A DNA stretch of 64,000 nt from a phage. Numbering within the stretch: the stretch's first letter is position 1; the number at the start of each line of letters is the position of its first letter. This document shows positions 29,456 to 40,375 of this stretch, one piece after another. The stretch lies in the sequence record PZ445437.1, one strand, 5' to 3'. The translations under genes were made by a program, and so were the position numbers. The notes beneath the pieces are model-generated. The model was given only the letters and a program-made list of their open reading frames with translations, made no database searches and was not told the origin of the DNA.

Positions 29456-29842
29456 TTATTCGAGGGAAAGAAGATACTTACTCTGATAAAACATTCCAGT
29501 AATATCATCTATCGTGCTTTGGATGGCTGGAGGCATTTCTTTATAAATGCTGTTAGATTGGTCTAGTATGCGATCAATCATTTTAATTGTGTCGGTAGGA
29601 AGTTTACTGGCATCTGGAATTGAAGGTGTGTATTTTCTACCAGAATACCCCAAATATTGCTCACCAAATTTATCAATCAAATCTGGCAACTCGGAGAAAA
29701 TAAAATCGTATGCTTTGTGTCTAGCATAATTTTTAGTTTCAAAATGTGCAGAATGAAAATAAGCTTGTGCAGCCATTAATAAACCTAAGTATTCATCTGC
29801 CTTTGAAGGTTTTCCACTTTGTGAAAAGTCGCTGAATTTCAT
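29456..29842 (-). CDS. Hypothetical protein (128 aa)
   Basis: ORF, coupled to rI stop. Confidence 0.45.
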   Translation of the reverse strand: MKFSDFSQSGKPSKADEYLGLLMAAQAYFHSAHFETKNYARHKAYDFIFSELPDLIDKFGEQYLGYSGRKYTPSIPDASKLPTDTIKMIDRILDQSNSIYKEMPPAIQSTIDDITGMFYQSKYLLSLE

Positions 29843-30132
29843 TCAGTCTCCAATTTAATGTTCATAATTCTAGCGTATGATTGTGCCATCTCCGCGCCTC
29901 GTTCTATACATTCAAAATCAGAAGAGCACGGGTCATTTTTATAGGTCGTTCTCATAAAACTATAGAATTGTTCAGACGATTCTATAGTTTTATTTTCAAA
30001 AAGCATATAAACGTGCCTAATACCAGATTCCATAAATTTATCAAAATGAGGATCGACATTCGCTTCAATCGATGGAGATAAAACAAATGACAATCCTAGC
30101 ATGGCAAAAAGTGCCGTTGCTTTTAAGGCCAT
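29839..30132 (-). CDS. rI: Lysis inhibition regulator rI
   Basis: 97 aa (T4 RI length); N-terminal signal-anchor, position upstream of tk. Confidence 0.85.
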   Translation of the reverse strand: MALKATALFAMLGLSFVLSPSIEANVDPHFDKFMESGIRHVYMLFENKTIESSEQFYSFMRTTYKNDPCSSDFECIERGAEMAQSYARIMNIKLETE

Positions 30133-30144
30133 AAAGGCCTCCTA

Positions 30145-30357
30145 TCATTTTTGTCCTGTATTTACTTTATGCCGATGCACGGCCTTAACTTTATCAAGGT
30201 ATTTTTCAAAATTTCGCAATCTAGTATAGTCTGCCGGAGATTGGTTGAGTGATACTTCTCGACGCAAAGCTGAAATGATATTTCCAACTTCCCTACGAAT
30301 TTCATCTAATTGAAGCACAGTAAGATTGCGAAGTTGCTTTTCAGTTAATTGTAGCAT
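30145..30357 (-). CDS. Hypothetical protein (70 aa)
   Basis: ORF between rI and tk. Confidence 0.4.
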
Positions 30358-30399
30358 ATATACCCCTTTAGTTAGATAAACCTATTTATAACTTTTACA

Positions 30400-30981
30400 C
30401 TAACCGAGCTTTTTAGTTAATTCATTCCAATGTTTTCTGCACAAAGAAACATAAATTTCATCACCAATACAGATTTGATTACCTTCTTTAACTGGTGTTC
30501 CATCTTCCATTAATCGAGCTGTCATAATCGCTTTTTTGCCGCAATGACAAACTGCCTTTAGTTCAATAAGTTTATCTGCAATCGCTAAAAGTTCTTTAGA
30601 ACCTTCAAACAATTTTCCAGCGAAATCAGTCCTTAATCCATAAGCCATAACAGGAACATTATATGTATCAACAATTCGACTTAATTGATGCACCTGTTCA
30701 GTTTTTAAAAACTGAGCTTCATCTACAAATACGCAATGAATATCTTTTTGTGCTTCAGCCCATTTATAGAACTCGAAAATATCCATATCATCTGTAATAA
30801 TATTCGCTTCCTGTTTAATTCCAATGCGAGAAACAACTTCACAGACAGAATCGCGAGTATCAATAGCAGGCTTAAGAACTAATACACTCATTCCACGTTC
30901 TTTATAATTATGTGCAGCAGTCAAAAGAGAAGCAGATTTTCCAGCATTCATTGCTGCATAAGTAAAAATTAAACTCGCCAT
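30400..30981 (-). CDS. tk: Thymidine kinase
   Basis: 193 aa (T4 Tk length); P-loop AMNAGKS and C-terminal zinc ribbon. Confidence 0.95.
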   Translation of the reverse strand: MASLIFTYAAMNAGKSASLLTAAHNYKERGMSVLVLKPAIDTRDSVCEVVSRIGIKQEANIITDDMDIFEFYKWAEAQKDIHCVFVDEAQFLKTEQVHQLSRIVDTYNVPVMAYGLRTDFAGKLFEGSKELLAIADKLIELKAVCHCGKKAIMTARLMEDGTPVKEGNQICIGDEIYVSLCRKHWNELTKKLG

Positions 30982-30982
30982 C

Positions 30983-31171
30983 TTAGTCCTTAGTTAAATT
31001 TTCTAAATATGTTTCTAAATCATTTTCAGCTTTATCGATAGATTTTACTAATTCGTAATATGTTTCGGCATCTCCATATTCAGAAGATATTTCAAAAGAC
31101 AAATCCTTTTCTAAACTAATAATTTCACCAACTAAAAATAATATTTCGTTCTTTTGTTCGCGAGTAATCAT
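30983..31171 (-). CDS. Hypothetical protein (62 aa)
   Basis: ORF; paralogous to the next ORF. Confidence 0.4.
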   Translation of the reverse strand: MITREQKNEILFLVGEIISLEKDLSFEISSEYGDAETYYELVKSIDKAENDLETYLENLTKD

Positions 31172-31353
31172 AAGGAATTTATATAATTAATAAGTTCTTG
31201 TTCTTTATTATCGAATTCTTTAGAAAGTTCTTCGTACTCGTTTGCACTAAAAGGACCGCATTCATTACAAACTTTTTCCAATTCGCTATTTTTATCCATA
31301 ACTTCGTGGATAAGAGAAAAGAGTTTGTCTTTTTGTTCTTTGCTTAGGCTCAT
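31168..31353 (-). CDS. Hypothetical protein (61 aa), tandem paralogue
   Basis: Shares ..EQK..LF.L..E... pattern with 30983..31171. Confidence 0.4.
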   Translation of the reverse strand: MSLSKEQKDKLFSLIHEVMDKNSELEKVCNECGPFSANEYEELSKEFDNKEQELINYINSL

Positions 31354-31523
31354 ATATTAATTTCCAGAAGTTTTAAAATAATTCGCTTTTGCTTAAATAT
31401 TTCCATAGTTAAATGATCAGTATCTTTTTGACCAATTCCAATGGCAAAACCTTTATTAGCAGCGAGTTCAATTAAATTATCAAGTTCACGTAACACTTCG
31501 TACTGTAACTCAGAACTATTCAT
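31350..31523 (-). CDS. Hypothetical protein (57 aa)
   Basis: Hand-translated MNSSELQYEVLRELDNLIEL...; ATGA/TGA overlaps with both neighbours. Confidence 0.4.
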   Translation of the reverse strand: MNSSELQYEVLRELDNLIELAANKGFAIGIGQKDTDHLTMEIFKQKRIILKLLEINI

Positions 31524-31732
31524 TTCGGTTTACCTTCTTTAACGAAATCTGGATAAGGATAAAATCCCGAATAAAATCCTTCACCTTTATGATTGACGCA
31601 TCCTTTATTAGAACAATAGCACCAATAATCGAAATCACAAGCCATTTCATCGTTGCATAAAGCAAAAACAACCGGCCACTTACACTTTTCACAATGGGCA
31701 TTTTTAAGAATACTAGTTTGGCTCATAACCAT
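31520..31732 (-). CDS. Cys-rich small protein (70 aa)
   Basis: 10 Cys in 70 aa (CEKCKW...CNDEMACDFDYWCYCSNKGC), likely zinc-binding. Confidence 0.45.
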   Translation of the reverse strand: MVMSQTSILKNAHCEKCKWPVVFALCNDEMACDFDYWCYCSNKGCVNHKGEGFYSGFYPYPDFVKEGKPK

Positions 31733-31950
31733 GTCACCTTTAAGCAGTATTCTTCTACATGCTGTTTACGACCTTTCTTATCAATAAAGGTATATTCAAC
31801 GAATGTTCCAATGTAGTCTTTATCTACATCATGTGGACTATTAATTGGACATTTAGTACGGCAAATGCGTTCCCATTGACGAATAATTACTGCCTTATTC
31901 TTTGGGTCATACGGATGTGGATAATGTATATTCATAATAACGGTTCCCAA
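31723..31950 (-). CDS. Hypothetical protein (75 aa)
   Basis: ORF. Confidence 0.4.
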   Translation of the reverse strand: MGTVIMNIHYPHPYDPKNKAVIIRQWERICRTKCPINSPHDVDKDYIGTFVEYTFIDKKGRKQHVEEYCLKVTWL

Positions 31951-32399
31951 TCAACAATCACAATTTCTAATTTAGAGGAATATGTATCTAAAATCCCCTC
32001 AATAATATCCCAGTTCCCTTTACCTATGCCTGCACCAATCCTAGGCATATAGATTGTAGGTTTAATCAGTTTATTTTCACCAAACTCATTTAATTCTAAC
32101 ATACAATTCATTAAAGCGGAATACTCAAAATTTGGCCCCGGTTGAAATTGAGTATAAAGATTGAAGCAGTAAGCTTTATGAGTCCTAAAGTATTTTTCAT
32201 AGACTGAGTAAGAACCGAGTTTAGTTACATCGCCCCATTCTGTCTGTAATTTATCAGCTTCCAAAATTTTAGGGAAAGCTTTGGTTAATTGACCCGCTAC
32301 GCCTGAACCCATAGTATGAAAACAATTGCATCCATGCGCAATATTTTTACCTTCAGCGAAAAGGGCGACAATATCGCCCTTGATATATTTTACAATCAT
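31932..32399 (-). CDS. Macro-domain-like protein (155 aa)
   Basis: Motif HGCNCFHTMGSGVAG resembles the macro-domain N..x5..G[GS]GV ADP-ribose-binding signature. Confidence 0.45.
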   Translation of the reverse strand: MIVKYIKGDIVALFAEGKNIAHGCNCFHTMGSGVAGQLTKAFPKILEADKLQTEWGDVTKLGSYSVYEKYFRTHKAYCFNLYTQFQPGPNFEYSALMNCMLELNEFGENKLIKPTIYMPRIGAGIGKGNWDIIEGILDTYSSKLEIVIVDWEPLL

Positions 32400-32743
32400 C
32401 TAGTACTCAATCCTCGATTATAAGAATCTACCAAACAGTCAACCATTGAATGACAAGCGGCTTTATCTTTCTCCTCCGCAACTGAGCATTCTAAGGTATT
32501 CCACTTTTTAGCATATCGTTTTAATAATGTATCGTTTTTGTATCTGCTTGATTTATCTCTTTCTCCGTCTTTATATGCATATATTAATTTCTGTGCAAAT
32601 TCAACTTGGCATGCTTTATTTTTCCCACAATAATCTGCCGCAGTGCGGTTTACATATTCTCTAATTTCAGTATATGATGTATCTGCTGATGCAGAAGCAG
32701 AAAATGAAATTAATCCTATACATAAAACCAAAATTTTAGTCAT
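32396..32743 (-). CDS. Secreted small protein (115 aa)
   Basis: Cleavable signal peptide; 4 Cys. Confidence 0.45.
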   Translation of the reverse strand: MTKILVLCIGLISFSASASADTSYTEIREYVNRTAADYCGKNKACQVEFAQKLIYAYKDGERDKSSRYKNDTLLKRYAKKWNTLECSVAEEKDKAACHSMVDCLVDSYNRGLSTR

Positions 32744-33281
32744 TTACTATTTCCAAAAGTTTATTATTTTTAAGGTAATTAGCCTTTTCTAGGACTTCAG
32801 AAGCATATTTAGAACCTGCTTTAACATTCCATCCCGAATTATAAGAGGATATTGCTTTTCTTATATCGCCCTTATGTATATTTAACCAATAAGAAAGTTC
32901 AATGTACGCCCAGGAAGCTGAATTGGATCGTTTATTCAACATTCTTTTTATTTCAGCATCAGTCATATTATAACCAAGTTCCTTAACTCTCGCTCGCATA
33001 GTAGGCAAATAATTTTGGAACATTCCATAAGCGTGATGCTTTGGTTTAGATTTTAAATTAACTCCGCCAGAGCTTTCTTGCCATAAAATGGCTGCCATTA
33101 TATGACCTAATCCGCTCTTGTGGATATTTTTATGTGTTTTATATTTTCCATCCTTAGAAAATTGTTCCCCGAATTGATACGCGTAACGCATGTTATCGAG
33201 TTGGACATTACTGAAAGTATGCTCGGAGCTATGTGCCATCATTGAAATGGCCAATAGACCAGCGAGTAGTGCTTTTCTCAT
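32736..33281 (-). CDS. Secreted lytic-transglycosylase-like protein (181 aa)
   Basis: Signal peptide; ILWQESSGG motif resembling the SLT catalytic Glu-Ser. Confidence 0.45.
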   Translation of the reverse strand: MRKALLAGLLAISMMAHSSEHTFSNVQLDNMRYAYQFGEQFSKDGKYKTHKNIHKSGLGHIMAAILWQESSGGVNLKSKPKHHAYGMFQNYLPTMRARVKELGYNMTDAEIKRMLNKRSNSASWAYIELSYWLNIHKGDIRKAISSYNSGWNVKAGSKYASEVLEKANYLKNNKLLEIVND

Positions 33282-33288
33282 GCTTACC

Positions 33289-33750
33289 TCATTGAGTTTT
33301 AATTACTGCTTTAGAAGCCTTTCCTGGTAAACGACGACTGTTAATAATTGCCATCCTACATTGAAGTGACGGGTCTTTGAACTTCTCGTTAGGTTTACAA
33401 ACTGTAAATCCAAGCCAAAGATTTCCATCTGTGATTTCTAAACGTCCAGGACGATATTCAACCCCATCAATAAAATCCTCGTCAATGTCAGGACGCGGAG
33501 GCATACTCAGGAATTCATTAACTTCTAAAACATGGTCTTTTATTTTATGGAATAATTCAAAAACATATGTCTCATCAATCTCCCGCTGAATTGCGCGATC
33601 AAGAAGATGCTGAGAATATTTTAGATGAAACGATGAGACCCCTGCTGCTTTTGATGCCTCACGAATCTCATTGTTAATTTGACGAAACTCCGACTCAAAG
33701 TGACGACGAAGCTTATTTCGACGAATAAAAACTTCTGTATTGATAGTCAT
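33289..33750 (-). CDS. regB: Endoribonuclease RegB
   Basis: 153 aa (T4 RegB length), position downstream of early promoter. Confidence 0.9.
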   Translation of the reverse strand: MTINTEVFIRRNKLRRHFESEFRQINNEIREASKAAGVSSFHLKYSQHLLDRAIQREIDETYVFELFHKIKDHVLEVNEFLSMPPRPDIDEDFIDGVEYRPGRLEITDGNLWLGFTVCKPNEKFKDPSLQCRMAIINSRRLPGKASKAVIKTQ

Positions 33751-33777
33751 GTTGTTCTCCTCTTAACTGATAGAAAA

Positions 33778-33806
33778 ATTATACCACAGTCAAGAGGAAA
33801 AGTAAA
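33778..33806 (-). promoter_or_regulatory. T4 early-class promoter for regB
   Basis: Minus strand TTTACT..17 nt..TATAAT then GGAGAA RBS. Confidence 0.5.
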
Positions 33807-33809
33807 CAG

Positions 33810-34130
33810 TTATTCTTTAAATCTAATCAATTTATTCATAGACTTTGAAACTTCTGCACGAACCTCATGTAGATTTTTGAGCTGTTCAAGACGCTGCGTA
33901 TAGTAAGCAATTTCATCTTCTTCGAGACAGTCCTGCGAATCTTCTTTAAGATAACGTGCATAGTCCTGAAAAGCGTTACGGATTACTTCCTGGAAGTCAT
34001 CAAGACTTTGAATTTTCTTAGGAGCAGCAGATACACGACAAGGGGCAGTATAATACTCATAACCAAACCCTGCGCTTAATTGAGCCATTAGTATTTTTCC
34101 TCTGGTTGGAACACTGCACGACAAGCCCAC
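33810..34130 (-). CDS. Hypothetical protein (106 aa)
   Basis: ORF. Confidence 0.4.
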   Translation of the reverse strand: MGLSCSVPTRGKILMAQLSAGFGYEYYTAPCRVSAAPKKIQSLDDFQEVIRNAFQDYARYLKEDSQDCLEEDEIAYYTQRLEQLKNLHEVRAEVSKSMNKLIRFKE

Positions 34131-34390
34131 ATACTGGCTTCTTTGAGTTTCGTTTTAGCAATAGTTAACTGATCGAGGCTTTCGGCGTAATTCTTCGCGA
34201 GTTCATCATCTTCACAGCTATCAAATGCTTCCCAAAATTCATCGTATAAAGCATCAAAGATAAGTCCTAAACGAACTTCAGCGTCTTTAATAGCATTTAC
34301 TTTACCGATTTTTTCGTCGGTATGTGGCTTATAACCTTTAATATCTTCAATCATATTTGACTTCCTCACCAGTACATAAATCGTATTCAA
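34088..34390 (-). CDS. Hypothetical protein (100 aa)
   Basis: ORF, acidic. Confidence 0.4.
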   Translation of the reverse strand: MNTIYVLVRKSNMIEDIKGYKPHTDEKIGKVNAIKDAEVRLGLIFDALYDEFWEAFDSCEDDELAKNYAESLDQLTIAKTKLKEASMWACRAVFQPEEKY

Positions 34391-34568
34391 CTAAACGAAT
34401 AGGTTCATGAATGCCATATCCCTGAACAGAAATTTCTGTAGTAGGATAAATTCCATTAATATCACCCATGTTCCATGCTTCGTTAAATTGCTGTTCGCCT
34501 GAATTACTAAACCATTCGGCGAAAGCATTTAGCACATCTTCAGAACCTTCAATAATTATCTTTGCCAT
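34347..34568 (-). CDS. Hypothetical protein (73 aa)
   Basis: ORF. Confidence 0.4.
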   Translation of the reverse strand: MAKIIIEGSEDVLNAFAEWFSNSGEQQFNEAWNMGDINGIYPTTEISVQGYGIHEPIRLVEYDLCTGEEVKYD

Positions 34569-34930
34569 TACAAACTCTCGGTAAAGGTACGAGCGATAAC
34601 GTCGCGCTGCTGTTCCGGAGTCAGAGAGTTAAAGCGAACTGCATAACCGGATACACGGATGGTCAGCTGCGGATATTTTTCCGGATGCTTAACTGCATCT
34701 TCCAGAGTTTCGCGACGCAGAACGTTAACGTTCAGGTGTTGACCACCTTCAATTTTAACTGTAGGCTGTTGCTCAATTTCAATTTCACGGGCATGCAAAC
34801 CGTAGAAAATTTCTGGGTCTACAAAAGAGTCCTCTTTAAAGGTTTTGGAGACAATAATTCGTGCTTGAATACCATCTTCAAAATAAATAGTACCTTTATG
34901 TGTGCCTTCAAGAATTTGATATGCTTTCAT
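34568..34930 (-). CDS. Autonomous glycyl radical cofactor (GrcA/YfiD-like)
   Basis: C-terminal ...[31 protein letters not shown] carries the glycyl-radical RVSGY motif; C-terminal half looks nearly identical to E. coli GrcA as I recall it. Confidence 0.7.
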   Translation of the reverse strand: MKAYQILEGTHKGTIYFEDGIQARIIVSKTFKEDSFVDPEIFYGLHAREIEIEQQPTVKIEGGQHLNVNVLRRETLEDAVKHPEKYPQLTIRVSGYAVRFNSLTPEQQRDVIARTFTESL

Positions 34931-34937
34931 ATAAACC

Positions 34938-35318
34938 TCAATTAGAAAATAAATTTATCCAAGATTGTTCTTTAATTAAAAATGGCTCAGAATCATATGC
35001 CATTAAACTTTGCGTAATTAATCCTTTAAAAGGTCCATCAATAAATTCCATGGTAAAATATGGAATTTTATTCATTAGCCGTGCATTAGGAGCAGTGCAC
35101 AAAACTCTGCATCCTTTGAATACGCCTTTTTGTAATTTGTATTGCTTAGGATAAAATTCACTTAAAATGTTATTTTTTGCCAAAATTTCAAAATGATTCA
35201 CCAATTTATTTTTAATAGTTTTTGGTGAAAAATAAAGATACTCGAAAAGTTGCGCATCTGTCATCATTGCATTCCGATTACGAAAAACTGCGGACGAGTA
35301 ATACCACCAATGCAACAT
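34938..35318 (-). CDS. Hypothetical protein (126 aa)
   Basis: ORF. Confidence 0.4.
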   Translation of the reverse strand: MLHWWYYSSAVFRNRNAMMTDAQLFEYLYFSPKTIKNKLVNHFEILAKNNILSEFYPKQYKLQKGVFKGCRVLCTAPNARLMNKIPYFTMEFIDGPFKGLITQSLMAYDSEPFLIKEQSWINLFSN

Positions 35319-35851
35319 TTACTATTACAGCAGTAGTGTACAGTGTCAATATGGACACTATAAATCTTATCCATATCAGGAGATTTGACAGGCTCATCAA
35401 TTATATACAAAATTCGCGAAAGCGATAAACCTCTGAACTTGCTTCCTTTATTACCAATAAAACTGCGCACAGAATCAGTAAATAAACGAAAACGTATATC
35501 ATCATTAGAATAACGCGAAAATTCCTTTTTAATGTTATTTGCAGAAATTTTAGCGTAAGCTGAAGTATTAGAAAGAACAATAACTGTTCCGCCATCATAC
35601 AGCCAATTAGCAGCAAAGTTAGTCACAGCAATTGATTTACCAGATTGACGTCCACCGTCTAGTCGAAGTGTGCAGTACTGTTTAAGTAATTCTTCAAATG
35701 GCGGGATATATTCGTTTTTACAAATTTCTTCTACTCTAGCATCAGAATGGTGTGTAAAAGCATTCATCAGGGATAGATAAGGACCAGTTAAAAATGTTCT
35801 CATTTTCTTCTCTCTAAGTTTGGGCCATTCCATGGCGCATGAATTGTCCAT
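35264..35851 (-). CDS. Hypothetical P-loop protein (195 aa)
   Basis: GGRQSGKS Walker-A-like motif. Confidence 0.4.
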   Translation of the reverse strand: MDNSCAMEWPKLREKKMRTFLTGPYLSLMNAFTHHSDARVEEICKNEYIPPFEELLKQYCTLRLDGGRQSGKSIAVTNFAANWLYDGGTVIVLSNTSAYAKISANNIKKEFSRYSNDDIRFRLFTDSVRSFIGNKGSKFRGLSLSRILYIIDEPVKSPDMDKIYSVHIDTVHYCCNSKCCIGGITRPQFFVIGMQ

Positions 35852-35944
35852 TTCTGTATTTACCCATTACCGCACTTGGGCTCGACCTTATTACAGGTTG
35901 GCGGGAATCCCTCACAGAATCATGAGGTCCAGGTTGTTCCCATA

Positions 35945-36418
35945 TTATTTGAACGATTTAACGTACTGAATAGAACCTTTACTATTCACAAAGGCAATTT
36001 TACCATTTTTGTTATACATGGTAGCAGTACGTTGATAGCCATAAGTTTGTTTACCAGATTGATAACCAACTAATGCAAAATTATCTTCACCCATTTTATT
36101 CTGTTTAGCGCGAATGCGTTCATGGCCATGTGCCATAAGAACCTTAGCATCACCTGTTGCAATGGATCGACGAGTTTTTTCATCTTCAACTGTATTAACA
36201 AAGTCGTCAAATGAATCAAATTTAGCATGAGATTTATTATACAGTTTTCCATCTACTGCATAATTATATCCTTGTACATCCATCTCAACTTCTGTACCAT
36301 CATCCAGTACAGCAGTGATTTTCTGTCCTTTTTTAAATTTCAAAAGATCAGTAAAAGATTCAGCAATAATTTGAGAATTAATAGTTGCTTCAGTAATAAA
36401 TTCTTGATATGTTTTCAT
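35945..36418 (-). CDS. Internal (capsid-injected) protein with capsid-targeting leader
   Basis: N-term MKTYQEFITEA matches the T4 IP capsid-targeting sequence (cleavage after L/I-x-E); ipII/ipIII locus position upstream of e. Confidence 0.65.
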   Translation of the reverse strand: MKTYQEFITEATINSQIIAESFTDLLKFKKGQKITAVLDDGTEVEMDVQGYNYAVDGKLYNKSHAKFDSFDDFVNTVEDEKTRRSIATGDAKVLMAHGHERIRAKQNKMGEDNFALVGYQSGKQTYGYQRTATMYNKNGKIAFVNSKGSIQYVKSFK

Positions 36419-36512
36419 GTGTATCCTTTAAATGTAAATATTTTAATTAATAATTTGGCTCTTCAAGTAACTGTGAATATACTATCACAATTCTAGGAGA
36501 AAGTAAACAACT

Positions 36513-37481
<969 letters not shown>

Positions 37482-37500
<19 letters not shown>

Positions 37501-37970
37501 TCAGTGATAAAGTTATTTAAATTTTGAGTGTATTTCTTTTCATCAAAAATCTTTTGCTGTCTGCGTAGCCGCCATGGCATTTCAATGAACACGCACCATA
37601 TCCCAGATAATATTGCTGCTGTAAAAATATTAACAAGTATGGTTAAAAGAATCCAATCTCCTATTCTGTCCATTGGATTTTTTATAAAAAAGTAAAATAC
37701 GAATGATGTCACAGGAAGACTAATAATATACCACAGAATCATAATTTTATCTGTGAACCAATCAGCGTTCGTTAACTTAGCACGACCATTATGAATACAC
37801 ACGAATTTATCATCTGTTATAATAGATGGCTTAGCTGCTTGATATCCCATTCTAAACTCCCTAATCAACAAATTTTTCATATCTTCGGAACAACCATTCC
37901 AGTCAACTCTATCAACTGAAATGCCATCATCCCCATCATCTAAATCATACCAGCGAGTTTTTAAAATCAT
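37482..37970 (-). CDS. Membrane protein (162 aa)
   Basis: Three TM segments. Confidence 0.45.
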
Positions 37971-38329
37971 TTAATTTTCCTACAATCACTCACAAACTCT
38001 TCCATTGATTCTTTTTCAATATAAGACATATAGCTATTATATTCCTTTAATTGTATTTTGTAATCCTTTTTTCTTTGCCAATTTATTTTAAAATTATCAT
38101 AATGAAAATATAACATTGTACCAAAGAATGAAAATAATGAAATAATTTTAGTATAGCGAAGTTCACTCCAAACTTCTATTATATTTACTGTGCCGTCGAT
38201 GTTTAAAATAAGACAGTCAATTAACAATCCAAAAAGACTACCCGCAAGAGCTGCAGCCAACGCCACAGCAAAAATTAAAAATGACTCAGGAAGCGAATAT
38301 TTGACTTTATTTAGTTTTGGCTTTTGCAT
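37967..38329 (-). CDS. Membrane protein (120 aa)
   Basis: Two to three TM segments. Confidence 0.45.
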   Translation of the reverse strand: MQKPKLNKVKYSLPESFLIFAVALAAALAGSLFGLLIDCLILNIDGTVNIIEVWSELRYTKIISLFSFFGTMLYFHYDNFKINWQRKKDYKIQLKEYNSYMSYIEKESMEEFVSDCRKIK

Positions 38330-38724
38330 CGTGATTCCTTAACAAATTTCATAATTTCATCAAATTCATACGCAGCAAGTTTAAGCTGGTGTTCCTTTTT
38401 AATCTTTTTACACTGTGCTTTCCATTCGCGTACGCGTTTACGATAATGTCTTCCTTGATACCAGTATCCTACCCAATTTACAGGTACTAATAAAAATGGA
38501 ACTACTAATGGAAGAATTAATACTAACAGAAATATTACGCCAGATTCAATATCAGTCATAACGTCTATAATCATTCCAACAATCAATAGAATTACAAATG
38601 ATATAGCTGTCACAGGACCTATTAATACATCAGTAGAAATTAGCTGGCGCTTTAATTCATACTTTAAGGGTTTACTTGGAAGATACATTGATGGCTTTGA
38701 CATATTCTCTACATTCCTTAACAA
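38311..38724 (-). CDS. Membrane protein (137 aa)
   Basis: Two TM segments. Confidence 0.45.
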   Translation of the reverse strand: MLRNVENMSKPSMYLPSKPLKYELKRQLISTDVLIGPVTAISFVILLIVGMIIDVMTDIESGVIFLLVLILPLVVPFLLVPVNWVGYWYQGRHYRKRVREWKAQCKKIKKEHQLKLAAYEFDEIMKFVKESRCKSQN

Positions 38725-39277
38725 ATTTTTCTAGTAATAAATCGCTTTCAAAACTAGGATTTTCCACGAATTTATCAAAAAGATCATCAACAATAGTTAA
38801 GATATTCTTTTTACTAAGAATACGCTTATTTTCATGCTTCGTTTCAGAATCAACTATAAGAGTAAAGAAATATTTCTTGCCCTGAAATTTTACAGTAGTA
38901 TCAATATAGAATAAATTTGACTTTTGTAAATTACGTTTAAACCATGCATCACTTAAACTATAAACGCCAAGATAATCATAATCGTCGTTTAAATAACAGA
39001 CCGTCCATTCAGGAGAAACAAAATCAGTAAATTCAACGTCAAAATCGCATGTTAATAAATGAATTGATTCAATACTGTTAATAAGTATTCCAGGACGTAT
39101 TAAAGACTTTTTACCTTTATAAAATCCAGAAAGACTTTCATCAGTTTCATATGAAGAACCCCAATAATAATTACGTCCTTCTGCCATACGTTTAAGAGCA
39201 TTTAATAATTGGTCTGGAACATCAACCTGTCTTTGGAACTCTTCAAACATTGAATTGAAATCACTTTGCATTTTCAT
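38672..39277 (-). CDS. Hypothetical protein (201 aa)
   Basis: ORF. Confidence 0.45.
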   Translation of the reverse strand: MKMQSDFNSMFEEFQRQVDVPDQLLNALKRMAEGRNYYWGSSYETDESLSGFYKGKKSLIRPGILINSIESIHLLTCDFDVEFTDFVSPEWTVCYLNDDYDYLGVYSLSDAWFKRNLQKSNLFYIDTTVKFQGKKYFFTLIVDSETKHENKRILSKKNILTIVDDLFDKFVENPSFESDLLLEKFVKECREYVKAINVSSK

Positions 39278-39297
39278 TCCTACTTACTCCAAGTAAT

Positions 39298-39313
39298 AGG
39301 GGCCGAAGCCCCT
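39298..39313 (-). terminator. Intrinsic terminator-like hairpin (AGGGGC-UUCG-GCCCCU)
   Basis: Hairpin 5 nt after the stop of 39319..39912. Confidence 0.45.
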
Positions 39314-39318
39314 TATCA

Positions 39319-39912
39319 TTATTTCAGAGAATTAATGTATTCCTGAACATCGGCAGAGGTAGTTTCAACCCCAGAAATATTGCCATTAAAGGTTTCAACT
39401 CGAGCAAGAGTATCTTCAATATCAACCTTAGTCAGTGCTGCAATTTCAACTACATCATCAGCAGTACTAATTCCGAGGGCATTCGCGGCGCGAGTTTCAC
39501 GGATATATTCCAATTTAACTGCAAGTTCTTGGCGAGCATCATCTAACTCAACTACTTTCTTGGCAATTTCAATTCGCATTTCAGCATAACCATCAGCTTT
39601 AGTAGTCAACTGCTCAGCTGTTCGACGATATAGTAAACCGAGTTTAGCATGCATTGTTACATCTTGACCTTCAGAAAGAAGCTTGCGAATTTCACGCTCT
39701 TTTGATTCGGCCTGCTTATTCTTTTCGACAATAAGTTCACGAATACGCTTTTCTTCATTAATAGATTTAACAGAAGCAGTTTTTAGATCTTTAATCTTAT
39801 CAAGTAGTTTTGCTGCCGCAGCAGTATACTGTTCTTCAACAGATAGATTTTTAGCCATAGCAGAACCAAGTTTAGTGCGAATAAACTCAACAATTTTCTT
39901 CAGCATGTTCAT
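39319..39912 (-). CDS. Coiled-coil protein, PspA/IM30-like (197 aa)
   Basis: Long amphipathic helices; composition and heptad pattern reminiscent of phage-shock protein A; weak assignment. Confidence 0.4.
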   Translation of the reverse strand: MNMLKKIVEFIRTKLGSAMAKNLSVEEQYTAAAAKLLDKIKDLKTASVKSINEEKRIRELIVEKNKQAESKEREIRKLLSEGQDVTMHAKLGLLYRRTAEQLTTKADGYAEMRIEIAKKVVELDDARQELAVKLEYIRETRAANALGISTADDVVEIAALTKVDIEDTLARVETFNGNISGVETTSADVQEYINSLK

Positions 39913-39986
39913 AGCATTTCCTTTAGTTAATTAAGGGTTTTATAATCCGTGGGAGTATTATACTCTACTCCCAAGAGTTTGTAAAC

Positions 39987-40319
39987 TTATTCTTCGTCCA
40001 ATTCATCAATAAATTTATCGATACTACTATTAATAGACTCATCGATGATTAACAAAGCATCATCATCTATAATATTAATATTTTCTAAAGCATCAATATA
40101 AGCTTGATTGACTATAGACCATGCCCTTTGAAAATATGGGGCTTCATCATCAGGACTGAACCAACGTACACCTTCAAAGATACGTTTAGCATAATCCAAC
40201 ACCCATTGTACAGGCATGTTTTGAGAGCGTTCATTAAACTCTTCAAAGTCCTTAGATTCAAAAAGCTCTTCAGGATAATAATTTCTATTACAAAAAGCTT
40301 TACTAAAGTTACGTTTCAT
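39987..40319 (-). CDS. Hypothetical acidic protein (110 aa)
   Basis: ORF. Confidence 0.4.
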   Translation of the reverse strand: MKRNFSKAFCNRNYYPEELFESKDFEEFNERSQNMPVQWVLDYAKRIFEGVRWFSPDDEAPYFQRAWSIVNQAYIDALENINIIDDDALLIIDESINSSIDKFIDELDEE

Positions 40320-40375
40320 AATGTTCTCCTCAAAGTTATAGGCTCATAATATCTCAATCATGAGCCTGTGTAAAC

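Noticed and set aside
31516-31701. Minus-strand 61-aa ORF overlapping 31520-31732
   Set aside because: Different frame of the same region; the hydrophobic product looks like frame noise, while the Cys-rich 70-aa frame is the more plausible gene.
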